Source: an uncultured bacterium (lineage in GTDB: Bacteria; Patescibacteriota; Minisyncoccia; Phycocordibacterales; UBA6065). From it: DNA of 57,180 bases. Below, piece after piece: positions 1-9,319 of the stretch. The notes under the pieces were generated by a model. That model saw only the letters and a list, made by a program, of their open reading frames with translations. It was not told where the DNA came from and made no database searches. A program made the position numbers and the translations under genes. The stretch covers positions 1 through 57,180 of the forward strand of contig CAIMLU010000018.1 of assembly GCA_903842365.1 (NCBI GenBank), read 5' to 3'. Each line of letters begins with the position of its first letter. Position 1 is the stretch's first letter.

Positions 1-35
1 AAATCCGGGACTTGTTCCTACGTTATTGGTTTTTT

Positions 36-1175
36 CTAATGTAACCCCACCCAAATACCGGCAATAACAAATGCGATGTGTATAAGCCAGAAACGCATAA
101 TTGTTTTTTCCTCACTCCACCCCTTCATTTCAAAATGGTGATGGATTGGAGCCATTCTAAAGATGCGTTTGCCGAGAAGGACACGACCTCCAACCTGGAC
201 AATGACCGAGAATGCTTCAGCGTAAAAAGTGAATGCAATGAGAGGAAGTACTGCCATTGCGTTTATTGCAAGCGTATTAATTGCAAGAAGTGAACCGAGT
301 GCAAGTGAGCCTACATCACCCATCTGGAATCGTGCGGGCTTCACGTTAAAATATGTGTAGGTGACAAGTGCTCCTGCTGTGATTGCGTTAAGTATTGCAA
401 GTTCGTCCATCCCTGATTTCCAGGAGAGAAGAGAAAGCGCTCCAAATGTTGGGATAAGCATTCCTCCAGCAAGACCGTCCATTCCGTCTGTAATATTGAC
501 CGCGTTTGCGGTAAAGACAACGATTCCGATAATGAGAGGAACAATGAGGAATCCAGAATTAATAAAACCGTGAAAGGGGACGTAAATATCTTGCCACGTT
601 TCACCCAGTTTCCAATAAATCCACCAAGCAGAGATGGTTCCTGCTGCAAGCTGGAGCAATAGCTTTTCATGCGCATGAACGCCCTTACCTGGCTTCGACC
701 CAAATATGTTAAAGAATCCTCTCAGTGCGGCATAGGGAACAGTGGCCCAGATCCAGATACGCATAAGTTTATTCTGATGTACCTTCGCAAGAGTGATTGT
801 TTGCTTGAATGATCGATTACGACGTTTGCCCGCAAAAACACCGAGTAAATCATCAATAGCACCAAGAAATGCACCAAGGAGCATAACCCCTATAGGGACA
901 AACGTGAATCGACGTTCCCAGTCAAAAAAGAAGGTAAGGAGTGCGATTGTTATAACAACAATAACACCCCCCATGATAGGGGTATTTACCTTATCTGCTC
1001 GGCTTTCCATTGCGAGCGTTGGATCATCGCTTGCTCTTCGTGCTATGTGTAGTTTATAGAGTATTTTTGTGATGATTGGCGTTATTGCAAGTGATACAAG
1101 AATTGCAAGACCACCCATAGCAAAAATGCGTTGGATGCTATCAATGATATACGGCGGAAAATCAGTCATTTCCAT
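36..1175 (-). CDS. mraY: phospho-N-acetylmuramoyl-pentapeptide transferase
   Basis: 379-aa polytopic membrane ORF with MraY signatures NITDGMDGLAGG, MGDVGSLALG and MAPIHHHFE. Confidence 0.92.
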   Translation of the reverse strand: MEMTDFPPYIIDSIQRIFAMGGLAILVSLAITPIITKILYKLHIARRASDDPTLAMESRADKVNTPIMGGVIVVITIALLTFFFDWERRFTFVPIGVMLLGAFLGAIDDLLGVFAGKRRNRSFKQTITLAKVHQNKLMRIWIWATVPYAALRGFFNIFGSKPGKGVHAHEKLLLQLAAGTISAWWIYWKLGETWQDIYVPFHGFINSGFLIVPLIIGIVVFTANAVNITDGMDGLAGGMLIPTFGALSLLSWKSGMDELAILNAITAGALVTYTYFNVKPARFQMGDVGSLALGSLLAINTLAINAMAVLPLIAFTFYAEAFSVIVQVGGRVLLGKRIFRMAPIHHHFEMKGWSEEKTIMRFWLIHIAFVIAGIWVGLH

Positions 1176-1217
1176 ATGCGCTAAGAGTATATCTCTTTAG
1201 GGGTTATGGGAAGAGCT

Positions 1218-1973
1218 TTATGCGAGATGGTTGAGCCTTCGAATACTTACCTTGCGAGCCATGAGTGCATTTTGAAGTGTGTAGTTTGATTGACCTGTTG
1301 TCCCGTTTTCATTCCATTGTTGGTCGGTGATTGGTTTAGTGGGGTCAATTATAGTTACTATTCCGTTTTTGATTCCGTGTCCGTATTTACCATCCGAAGG
1401 CCACGCGTATGAGTGTGAGTAGGAGAGAGTGTTTCCATTCACTTTTGTAATAACCATAATGTGGTTATATGTGTGGTCTAGTCCCGAGCCTATAATTGAA
1501 AAGAAATCACCGGCTTCAATATCAGCGTATTCAACCGGCATACTGTTTTCATCCATCGAGAATATTCCAACTCCAACGTTGCTTGCTGGTCGAAGTCTTG
1601 CGAGAGTTCTACGAATGATACCTTTTTTGAGTACAAGATGTGGAAAGAGCGCCCCTAATCCACGTGCTTTTGATTCTGCATTGAGTACATGAAAAGCAAA
1701 CCCAGAACAATCGATACCAAGCCCTACATCAACGAGAAAATGTTTCAATTCATCAGGTGATGCTTTTCTAATGGAAACATTTCTGTGAAGCGATGCGATT
1801 TGTGCTTCATCGCAGATTTCTTTTGGCGTTCCTTTTCCAATAATTGCATTCAAACCCGCGCGAATTTTTCCACGTCTATTGTTGTAGTACGGGGTCGAAC
1901 AACCTGCCCCAATAGGAAGTTTTATGTATGTATCAATAACTGTCTGGGCTTCTTTCGATAGTGTTTTATACAT
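1218..1973 (-). CDS. NlpC/P60-like cysteine peptidase family protein (putative, cytoplasmic)
   Basis: 251 aa with no signal peptide. GIDCSGFAFHVL resembles the NlpC/P60 catalytic Cys motif, and a His lies downstream (NHIMVI). The start overlaps the stop of the upstream ATP-grasp gene by 8 nt. Confidence 0.5.
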   Translation of the reverse strand: MYKTLSKEAQTVIDTYIKLPIGAGCSTPYYNNRRGKIRAGLNAIIGKGTPKEICDEAQIASLHRNVSIRKASPDELKHFLVDVGLGIDCSGFAFHVLNAESKARGLGALFPHLVLKKGIIRRTLARLRPASNVGVGIFSMDENSMPVEYADIEAGDFFSIIGSGLDHTYNHIMVITKVNGNTLSYSHSYAWPSDGKYGHGIKNGIVTIIDPTKPITDQQWNENGTTGQSNYTLQNALMARKVSIRRLNHLA

Positions 1974-3207
1974 TGCTCTGTAGTATATCTCGAATGAGTA
2001 ATCCTTGTGTATTAAGCTCTGTTGATGTTTCCATTAGACCAGCTTGAGATTGAATTCGAATAGCGTCACGGTTATGTACGATATTTTCATAAGGAAGTAC
2101 GGTGAGACCAGACATTTTTAATGTGTTCACGAGTGGGGTGGTGTTGCTGTTATTAGGAAAAGCATTTGTGACCCGTTGAACAATTTGCGCACCATTGATT
2201 GGTGCAATGATGTTTTGAGTAATAGGTGTGTCGAGGAGTGCCAAGAGGTGTGCGGCAAAAATGGTGATACCTGACGACCCAGTTTCTCTCTCAAGGGTAG
2301 ACTCAAACACTGTTGATGCTGGTTGGCGAGCATTTATTTCAATAAGGTACATTTTTTGTGATTGCGTATCAATAATTGCATCAATACCAAAGAGCCCTTT
2401 CCATCCAGACCGTGCAAGACGTGAACCAATAGTTTTACTGATTGTTGTTAATTGTTCGTGCAATTCGTTTCCCAGTGTGTGTGCAAATGACCAATCATTA
2501 CCAACGGTCGCAAAAGGGAGGTCAGTAAATGGTTTGACTCCAGTAATCTGAAGGCTCGGGTTACCAATAAACGTTTCGTTATGTGACACAAGGGTATTTA
2601 CTGTGATCATTGGTCCACTCACAAAAACAACAACACGGACTGGTCGGTCGGGGAATTTCCCCTGGAGCTCCTTAAGCACGGACTCATCGGTGATGATATG
2701 TGTTCCTTGGCCTGTATGAGACCTGTTGAACTGAAGAACAAATGGTACACCATCCCAAGCAATATCCTTGAGGGGTAGTACCTGATGATGTGGAAGTAAA
2801 TTTGCGTCTTCAGCGAGCCATTCGATTTGGGATACTTTTTCCTCAACTCTCTTTGCAAGGTCTGCTTTGGGGTTGAGTATTGTTATGTTGTTTTCCGCTG
2901 CCCATCGTTCAATGCGCGTCGTATTCTGAAAGACGACGATGTCTCCAATGCCGTGTGCAGAGAGTATGTCTTTTGTCTCTGGAAGAACGAGGATGTCATA
3001 GGTGTCGAGGGTTAATCCGTCGCTCGTTGATACGGTAAAAATGGTTTCCGGTGAAGAGAGACGAATTTCTTCAGAGCTTTTTGTTTTATTGGTGATGATG
3101 AAATACCCAGGTGTTGGAATGGGCATTCCTAAAGCACGTTCGATGTCTCGAGTGATGTAGGCGATTGGCCGCTTCGTGAGTACTTGCAACAGTGTGTCCA
3201 TGCGCAT
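1966..3207 (-). CDS. ATP-grasp domain ligase (substrate unknown)
   Basis: 413 aa. C-terminal GLFGIDAIID...KMYLIEINARQPAS is typical of the ATP-grasp Mg/ATP site. Confidence 0.7.
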   Translation of the reverse strand: MRMDTLLQVLTKRPIAYITRDIERALGMPIPTPGYFIITNKTKSSEEIRLSSPETIFTVSTSDGLTLDTYDILVLPETKDILSAHGIGDIVVFQNTTRIERWAAENNITILNPKADLAKRVEEKVSQIEWLAEDANLLPHHQVLPLKDIAWDGVPFVLQFNRSHTGQGTHIITDESVLKELQGKFPDRPVRVVVFVSGPMITVNTLVSHNETFIGNPSLQITGVKPFTDLPFATVGNDWSFAHTLGNELHEQLTTISKTIGSRLARSGWKGLFGIDAIIDTQSQKMYLIEINARQPASTVFESTLERETGSSGITIFAAHLLALLDTPITQNIIAPINGAQIVQRVTNAFPNNSNTTPLVNTLKMSGLTVLPYENIVHNRDAIRIQSQAGLMETSTELNTQGLLIRDILQSNV

Positions 3208-3222
3208 ACTATAGCATTATCT

Positions 3223-3939
3223 ATGGAAAAACCGACGCTTTACATTGTGGCAACCCCAATAGGAAACCTTGAGGATATGACGTATCGAGCGGTACGTATT
3301 TTGAAAGAGGTTTCAACTATTTTTTGTGAAGATACCCGTACAACACGAGTTCTTTTGAACAGGTACGACATTAAAACTTCGACGGCAAGTTTCCACGCGC
3401 ATTCCGGGGACTCAAAATATGAAAAAATAGTTTCAATGCTCCAATCAGGTTTATCGGTGGCTCTTGTCTCGGATGCCGGCACACCTGGCATTTCAGATCC
3501 AGGAACTGAACTCGTTTCTTTTGTCCGAGAGTGTTTAGGTTCTACTGTTGCGATCGTACCTTTGCCTGGTGCGTCAGCGCTTGTTGCTGCATTGTCTGCC
3601 GCAGGTATTCCATCCCATGAATTTATTTTCTTTGGCTTCCTGCCTCATAAAAAGGGAAGAAAAACACTCTTTGATGAAATTAGGTCAGTTGATAGAACGT
3701 GTGTTTTCTACGAATCACCACATCGAATCGAAAAAGCCCTAGAGTCACTCAGCGGCTCAGGGAAAAAAATTACCGTTGCCCGAGAGCTCACCAAAACGTT
3801 CGAGGAATTTGTTTCTGGTACTGCTGAAGAAGTCCTTGCATCACTTGTCGAGCGTAAAGTAATTCGAGGTGAGTTTGTTGTAATAGTGTCTTCTTTTGAG
3901 AAGAAAGTGATTAACGAGTATAATAATGACCATGAATAA
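3223..3939 (+). CDS. rsmI: 16S rRNA (cytidine1402-2'-O)-methyltransferase
   Basis: LYIVATPIGNLEDMTYRA, FCEDTRTTRVLL and SDAGTPGISDPG motifs. The ATG at 3223 is preferred over the TTG at 3184, which would overlap the divergent ATP-grasp gene. Confidence 0.87.
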   Translation: MEKPTLYIVATPIGNLEDMTYRAVRILKEVSTIFCEDTRTTRVLLNRYDIKTSTASFHAHSGDSKYEKIVSMLQSGLSVALVSDAGTPGISDPGTELVSFVRECLGSTVAIVPLPGASALVAALSAAGIPSHEFIFFGFLPHKKGRKTLFDEIRSVDRTCVFYESPHRIEKALESLSGSGKKITVARELTKTFEEFVSGTAEEVLASLVERKVIRGEFVVIVSSFEKKVINEYNNDHE

Positions 3940-4132
3940 AAGAAATCTTGCAATGCTGTTTGGTTTTTTATCGGCACTTGTGCCTTTTTTTGGCTTACCT
4001 CGGGGGTATGCGGCAGCCCTCTCTGTCGTATTCGGCCTCGCTGTTGTTGTTTCATGTTTGCCTATAAAGCTCCATGGAAGTGTTCAAAAACCAATCGTTA
4101 AAGCGACCGACAATGCCACACCAAAGGCGTAA
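3926..4132 (+). CDS. small two-helix membrane protein (hypothetical)
   Basis: 68-aa ORF with two hydrophobic helices (LAMLFGFLSALVPFFGL, AALSVVFGLAVVVSCLPI). Overlaps the end of rsmI by 14 nt. No homology recognised. Confidence 0.3.
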   Translation: MTMNKRNLAMLFGFLSALVPFFGLPRGYAAALSVVFGLAVVVSCLPIKLHGSVQKPIVKATDNATPKA

Positions 4133-5360
4133 ATCGGAAAGAGGGGGACTTCTTGTGGTCAGCATGCTTATTTGCGTGCTTTTTGTCTGTACTATTATTT
4201 TAGTTCTACTGAGCTCGCATTTTTTGGGGAATGTATCATATGTTGCTTTGGTTGAGACCGCAAAAGACGTTGCGGTAAAACCCTACGCTCGTATTGCGAC
4301 GCACCGAGATACCCCATCGGCAGTCAAAGGTATTTATATGACATCATGTGTTGCAAGTAGAAAAGATCTACGTACGAACATCATGAAACTTATTGATACA
4401 ACTGAACTTAACTCAGTCGTGATTGATGTAAAAACGTACGATGGATATATTTCATTTCCTGCAAAAAAAGAAGAACTTCAACCCGCGGTTGGGGGAGGTT
4501 GTTTTGTATCTGATATGCAAGATTTTGTCGATGAACTTCATGCAAAAGGTATCTATGTTATAGGACGCATCGCGACGTTCCAAGATAATTTTATGGTAAA
4601 GCATCGTCCAGAACTTGCTGTAAAAATGTTTACCGATAAAACAGCCGTTTGGAAAGATCGAAAAGGTGTTTCGTGGATAGATGCGGGTGCAAAAGAGCAC
4701 TGGGATTACATTGCGCTCCTTGCAAAGGATGCGTACTCAATTGGGTTCGATGAAATTAATTTTGATTACATTCGTTTTCCTTCTGACGGTGATATGAAGA
4801 ACATTTACTTCCCATTCAGTGAGGGTAGAAAAAAAGCTGATGTTGTTGAGGCTTTCTTCGCGTACCTTGCACAATCGCTTCGCGACATTCCTGTAAAACG
4901 TTCCGCAGACCTCTTTGGGATGGTGACAACAAATACCGATGATTTAAATATTGGACAAGTTCTTGAAAAAGCATTGCCATATTTTGATTACATTGCCCCG
5001 ATGGTATATCCATCACACTACCCATATAACTTTAATAATTGGGGTGATCCAAATAAACACCCGTACGACATTATTAAGTATTCAATGGATAGGGCAGTTG
5101 AAAGGACTATTGCCACAACGACTGTTGTTGAAGTGATTGGATCGCGTTTAATTGCCACAACAACGCCGTACCTATATTCAAAACCTGTGTACGATAAAAA
5201 TAAACTTCGTCCGTGGCTTCAGGATAATAATTACCCTGTGACATATACACCGGAAATGGTTCGTGCACAAATGACCGCAACGTATGATACAGGCCTCAAT
5301 TCATGGCTTTTATGGAATGCTGCGAACAAGTATTCTAAAGATGCTCTCTTAGTTGAATAA
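4074..5360 (+). CDS. putative glycoside hydrolase, DUF4015/COG1306-like TIM barrel, membrane anchored
   Basis: N-terminal TM helix, then VKGIYMTS, VIDVK, and the EINFDYIRFPSDG pattern typical of this family. An alternative start is the ATG at 4113 (MPHQRRK). Confidence 0.6.
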   Translation: MEVFKNQSLKRPTMPHQRRKSERGGLLVVSMLICVLFVCTIILVLLSSHFLGNVSYVALVETAKDVAVKPYARIATHRDTPSAVKGIYMTSCVASRKDLRTNIMKLIDTTELNSVVIDVKTYDGYISFPAKKEELQPAVGGGCFVSDMQDFVDELHAKGIYVIGRIATFQDNFMVKHRPELAVKMFTDKTAVWKDRKGVSWIDAGAKEHWDYIALLAKDAYSIGFDEINFDYIRFPSDGDMKNIYFPFSEGRKKADVVEAFFAYLAQSLRDIPVKRSADLFGMVTTNTDDLNIGQVLEKALPYFDYIAPMVYPSHYPYNFNNWGDPNKHPYDIIKYSMDRAVERTIATTTVVEVIGSRLIATTTPYLYSKPVYDKNKLRPWLQDNNYPVTYTPEMVRAQMTATYDTGLNSWLLWNAANKYSKDALLVE

Positions 5361-5365
5361 CTAAC

Positions 5366-5400
5366 CACATCCGCCATAAACCCTGCTTATGGCGGATGTG
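5366..5400 (+). terminator. 14-bp stem-loop after the hydrolase gene (no clear T-run)
   Basis: cacatccgccataa / ttatggcggatgtg inverted repeat, 6 nt after the stop codon. Confidence 0.4.
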
Positions 5401-5610
5401 TGCATGGCACATTTCCTTAATGAATACCCTATGGTGTTAGCCCAGGGTGGTTTATTGTTTTTCTGGTGAGAAACTCACTTATATTTTTATGGTGAATTTA
5501 GAAAAAAAAGAAGTGTGCATTGTACAGGGAGGTGTTATGGATACGTTTTTTTTTAATTGTTAATAACCCATTGGACATTCATTTTTCTGAGGTGTAACCT
5601 TATTACCTGT

Positions 5611-5847
5611 ATGACCCACAGATCTTCTGGTGTTGGTGAAGTTCAAGATGTTGAAGCCTCTGGCGGAGACACCAATCGGGAACCAATATATCCTGACTGG
5701 TTTGCTCAAGACCTGGCTGATGCCAAGAAAAGGCGTGAAAGGGAAGAATCCCACGTTCTCTTCCAAGAGAGAGCACAGTCAGCTATGGCATACAATCACG
5801 TCGTATATGACGGGGATGCCATTGGTTACGGAGGTATGATTCGGTAG
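5611..5847 (+). CDS. small acidic hypothetical protein
   Basis: 78-aa ORF from the ATG at 5611, inside the 5557-5847 ORF. A strong terminator follows. No homology recognised. Confidence 0.3.
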   Translation: MTHRSSGVGEVQDVEASGGDTNREPIYPDWFAQDLADAKKRREREESHVLFQERAQSAMAYNHVVYDGDAIGYGGMIR

Positions 5848-5860
5848 TAGGGTAAGTGTG

Positions 5861-5900
5861 GCGTCCAGTGTGTTTAAGACACTGGACGCTTTTTCTTTTT
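5861..5900 (+). terminator. rho-independent terminator
   Basis: gcgtccagtgt / acactggacgc stem followed by tttttcttttt. Confidence 0.65.
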
Positions 5901-5928
5901 GTATATAAAAAATGGTACAATTACGGCC

Positions 5929-7995
5929 ATGGAAATATCTCCTGACGATAAAGTCACATACTTTGCTCAGACTGATTCTCGCGGCAAAAAAATTCCTTTC
6001 GGCATCAAGTCAAAGGATCGAACACGCCATACCTACATCATTGGAAAAACGGGTATGGGTAAATCAACCGTGCTTGAGAACATGGCAGTCCAAGATATCC
6101 AGAATGGTAATGGTATGGCATTTATTGACCCGCACGGCAAAACCGCTGATCTTTTTCTCCAATATATTCCAGAGGAGCGCATCAAGGATGTTATTTATTT
6201 TGCTCCATTTGATATTGAACACCCAATTTCATTCAATGTCCTCGAAGACGTTGGTGTTGATAAACGCCACCTCGTCGTAAACGGCCTCATGTCGGCGTTT
6301 AAAAAGATTTGGGTCGATGCTTGGTCGGCCCGCATGGAGTATATTTTGAACAACATTCTCTTGGCACTCCTCGAGTATCCTGGTGCAACCATTATTGGTG
6401 TTAACCGAATGCTCGCTGATAAGGACTACCGTAATAAAGTTGTTGCAAATGTGAAAGACCCAGCAGTTCGAGCTTTTTGGATCGATGAATTTGCAAAGTA
6501 TGGTGAAAAGTATATGCAGGAAGCTGGTGCGGCAATTCAAAACAAGATTGGTCAGTTTATTTCAAACCCCCTTGTTCGAAATATTATTGGTCAACAAAAA
6601 TCATCATTTGATATTCGTCGTGTGATGGATGAGAAAAAAATTCTCATTATCAACCTGTCAAAAGGAAGGGTGGGTGAGCAGAATGCGAACCTTTTAGGTT
6701 CAATGCTCATTACCAAGATCTACCTTGGCGCAATGTCCCGTGCCGATGTACCTGAATCAGTGCTCAAAAAACTGCCACAGTTTTACCTATATGTGGACGA
6801 GTTCCAAAACTTTGCTAACGAATCGTTTGCAGATATTTTGTCCGAGGCTCGAAAGTATAAATTAAACCTCACTATCGCACACCAATACATCGAGCAGATG
6901 TCCGAGGAGGTTCGTGCTGCTGTGTTTGGTAACGTTGGAACTATGATTGCTTTCCGTGTCGGTTCATTTGATGCTGAGGTGCTTGAAAAAGAGTTTTCAC
7001 CAGTATTTGAATCGACTGATATTGTGAATTTGGGTATGTACCAGATTTATCTCAAACTCATGATTGATGGTGTTTCGTCACAGCCGTTTTCGGCAACAAC
7101 GCTCCCTCCAATACAATTACCTGGTGTTTCGTATGTTGAGCGTATTGTCGAAGAATCACGAAAGACATACGCCGTCTCACGTGCCGAGGTGGAAGAAGTT
7201 GTGCGTGGGCAGTCCGGTGGAAATAGCTCTGTGGGTGGAGAGCAAAAACCACAAAAGTCTTTTGGAGACAAAAAACCTTTTGCTCCCCGTGATGGAAAAT
7301 TTGAACTTAGACAGCCATCAAATGAAGTACCTCGGACACCGTATCCGCAGAACGTGCAACCTGGACCAATTCAACCAAAGCCCAAGCCTATTGTACAAAT
7401 AGATCAAAACCAGCGTACAGAACGTCCATTGCCACCACCAATATATGAGGAAAAAGAGGGCAATGGTGGAGGCTTTGGATCGCTCAAATCACTTGTATTA
7501 AATGAGGTAAAAACACCTGTGGTTATTTCCAAGGTAGAAAGGACTGAACCTGTTGTGGTGCAGCAACCAAAAGTACTGGGACAACAACCATTACAGCCGG
7601 TTAAAAAAGTTGAACAAGGGAAAGTTGAAAACGTACCAGTGCAACCAAAAGTGCAGATTATGGAAAAGAAGGCTCCTACAAAAGAGCATCTTAACGATTT
7701 GCGGGCGGCACTTGCTGGTATCGTTATTCCTCCTAAAAAAGAGGTTGTAGAGCCGAAGCCTGTCTTGGACAAAAAACCAGAAGCTGTTGTAAAAATGCAG
7801 ACGCAAAAACCTGTAGAAGTACAGAGTCGCACGACAGAGAGGTCAGTACATACCTCCGTACCTCAACAGCAGGTCAATGTGGCCCCAAAAGCACCCGAGG
7901 TGGTTACTGATAACAATCCAAAAAAGCAGCCAGAGCCAACGCGTTCTGAGGTGCCAGAGGATGTGCTTCGAAAAATTCTTGATATGAATAATTAG
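5929..7995 (+). CDS. TraD/VirD4-like (T4SS coupling protein / DUF87-type) P-loop NTPase with a long disordered C-terminal tail
   Basis: Walker A IIGKTGMGKST, Walker B FYLYVDEFQNF, and the KYKLNLTIAHQYIEQM block typical of TraD/TraG_D_C-type ATPases. The last ~260 aa are P/K/Q/V/E-rich low complexity. The ATG at 5929 is preferred to the TTG at 5899. Confidence 0.72.
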   Translation: MEISPDDKVTYFAQTDSRGKKIPFGIKSKDRTRHTYIIGKTGMGKSTVLENMAVQDIQNGNGMAFIDPHGKTADLFLQYIPEERIKDVIYFAPFDIEHPISFNVLEDVGVDKRHLVVNGLMSAFKKIWVDAWSARMEYILNNILLALLEYPGATIIGVNRMLADKDYRNKVVANVKDPAVRAFWIDEFAKYGEKYMQEAGAAIQNKIGQFISNPLVRNIIGQQKSSFDIRRVMDEKKILIINLSKGRVGEQNANLLGSMLITKIYLGAMSRADVPESVLKKLPQFYLYVDEFQNFANESFADILSEARKYKLNLTIAHQYIEQMSEEVRAAVFGNVGTMIAFRVGSFDAEVLEKEFSPVFESTDIVNLGMYQIYLKLMIDGVSSQPFSATTLPPIQLPGVSYVERIVEESRKTYAVSRAEVEEVVRGQSGGNSSVGGEQKPQKSFGDKKPFAPRDGKFELRQPSNEVPRTPYPQNVQPGPIQPKPKPIVQIDQNQRTERPLPPPIYEEKEGNGGGFGSLKSLVLNEVKTPVVISKVERTEPVVVQQPKVLGQQPLQPVKKVEQGKVENVPVQPKVQIMEKKAPTKEHLNDLRAALAGIVIPPKKEVVEPKPVLDKKPEAVVKMQTQKPVEVQSRTTERSVHTSVPQQQVNVAPKAPEVVTDNNPKKQPEPTRSEVPEDVLRKILDMNN

Positions 7996-8001
7996 GCTTC
8001 A

Positions 8002-8139
8002 ATGTACTTTACTATTGCGTGCGTAATTGTAGGTACTGGTATTGTTGTGTATATGGTTTTCAGAAAATCTGATGTGATAGTCATGCAATCAGAAGCAGAT
8101 GCATACGATATAATCGAGGTTGATGAAAAGACGCCTTAA
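8002..8139 (+). CDS. 45-aa single-pass membrane peptide (hypothetical; below the ORF-track cutoff)
   Basis: My own translation is MYFTIACVIVGTGIVVYMVFRKSDVIVMQSEADAYDIIEVDEKTP: one TM helix plus an acidic tail. A hairpin and T-run follow directly. Confidence 0.35.
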   Translation: MYFTIACVIVGTGIVVYMVFRKSDVIVMQSEADAYDIIEVDEKTP

Positions 8140-8153
8140 GTGGCGTTTTTTTT
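8130..8153 (+). terminator. rho-independent terminator
   Basis: gacgcc / ggcgt stem followed by tttttttt. Confidence 0.5.
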
Positions 8154-8172
8154 GGTATACTATGTTCCACGT

Positions 8173-9303
8173 ATGAAAGTACTCATAGCAACAGGGAAAT
8201 ACCCACCACAAACTGGCAGTCAGGCAGCATATTCAAAGTGTCTGTACGATATTATGCCTAAACATGGCATCAATACGGATGTTCTCAGTTTTGGTGACTT
8301 TATGTCAAAACCAAAAGGTATTAGGCACTTCCTCTATTTTAAAGAACTCCTCAATCGTATGGATGGGGTAGATATCGTCTATGCACAGGACCCTGTTTCT
8401 GTTGGCTTACCGGCACTTTTTGCGGCACACATTGCACGTAAACGTTTCATGGTTCGTATCGTTGGTGATCATGCATGGGAGCAGAGCATTGAACGTTTTG
8501 GTGTAAGTGACGACGTTGATTCGTTTTCAAAGTCGTACTTGAAACACCCTATAGGTGCAAAAATTTTAAAGAAAATAGAAAAGTACGTCGCTGATTGGGC
8601 GGACCTTATTATCACCCCGAGTGTGTACCTCAAAGGCATTATTACAAATTGGGGTGTTGATGCTTCGAAAATAACCGTCGTTTATGATGGTTTCCTCAAG
8701 GAAGATATTAAGGCAACAACGGCGGCTTTAAAGAAGCGTTTGGGTCTCCATGGGACAGTTATTGTGAGCGCTGGGCGCCTTGTTCCTCGAAAAGGATTTT
8801 TAGGACTTATTGAGGTTTTTGCAAAAGTAAAACAGCGTGTCCCAACAGCGGTTCTTGTTATTGCAGGTGAGGGTCCAGATATGGAGGTGCTTCGAGCGAA
8901 AGTAAAAGAACTCAATCTTGTTGAGGATGTTGTGTTAACTGGTCGAATCGAGCAGGTACTCCTTTTTGAGTATATAAAAGCGGCTGATATCTTTACGCTC
9001 AACACTGCTTACGAAGGTTTTTCCCACTTAATTCTCGAAGCAATGGCTCTTGGGACACCCGTTGTTACTACCAACGTTGGTGGTAATCCAGAGATTATTG
9101 ATGATAATACGACGGGTATTTTGGTTGAGTATGATGCACACAATGAGATGGCGAACGCAATTATTTCCCTTGTTCAGGATCCAATAAAAGCACAGCATGT
9201 TGCTCGTGATGCCCGAGCAAAGGTGTCTGCGTGGACCGATGCGCATATGGTTGCCGAAACCTCGCGCATTGTCCTTGATGTTGCCGAAAAGAATAAAAAA
9301 TAA
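8173..9303 (+). CDS. GT4-family glycosyltransferase
   Basis: MKVLIATGKYPP N-terminus and the C-terminal EGFSHLILEAMALGTPVVTTNVGGNPEII (EX7E) motif. The ATG at 8173 is preferred because the 8140 start lies inside the upstream terminator. Confidence 0.85.
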   Translation: MKVLIATGKYPPQTGSQAAYSKCLYDIMPKHGINTDVLSFGDFMSKPKGIRHFLYFKELLNRMDGVDIVYAQDPVSVGLPALFAAHIARKRFMVRIVGDHAWEQSIERFGVSDDVDSFSKSYLKHPIGAKILKKIEKYVADWADLIITPSVYLKGIITNWGVDASKITVVYDGFLKEDIKATTAALKKRLGLHGTVIVSAGRLVPRKGFLGLIEVFAKVKQRVPTAVLVIAGEGPDMEVLRAKVKELNLVEDVVLTGRIEQVLLFEYIKAADIFTLNTAYEGFSHLILEAMALGTPVVTTNVGGNPEIIDDNTTGILVEYDAHNEMANAIISLVQDPIKAQHVARDARAKVSAWTDAHMVAETSRIVLDVAEKNKK

Positions 9304-9319
9304 GGTATTTATCGAACCA

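Noticed and set aside
1-35. aaatccggg at the very start of the window resembles the T-loop/T-stem of the tRNA-fMet repeat (caaatccggg)
   Set aside because: Only 9 nt lie at the window edge. I cannot tell whether it is a truncated tRNA, another element copy or chance.
7404-7832. 142-aa minus-strand ORF and other short ORFs in 7047-7832
   Set aside because: They are antisense or out of frame within the low-complexity tail of the TraD-like gene. Biased composition generates long spurious frames there.
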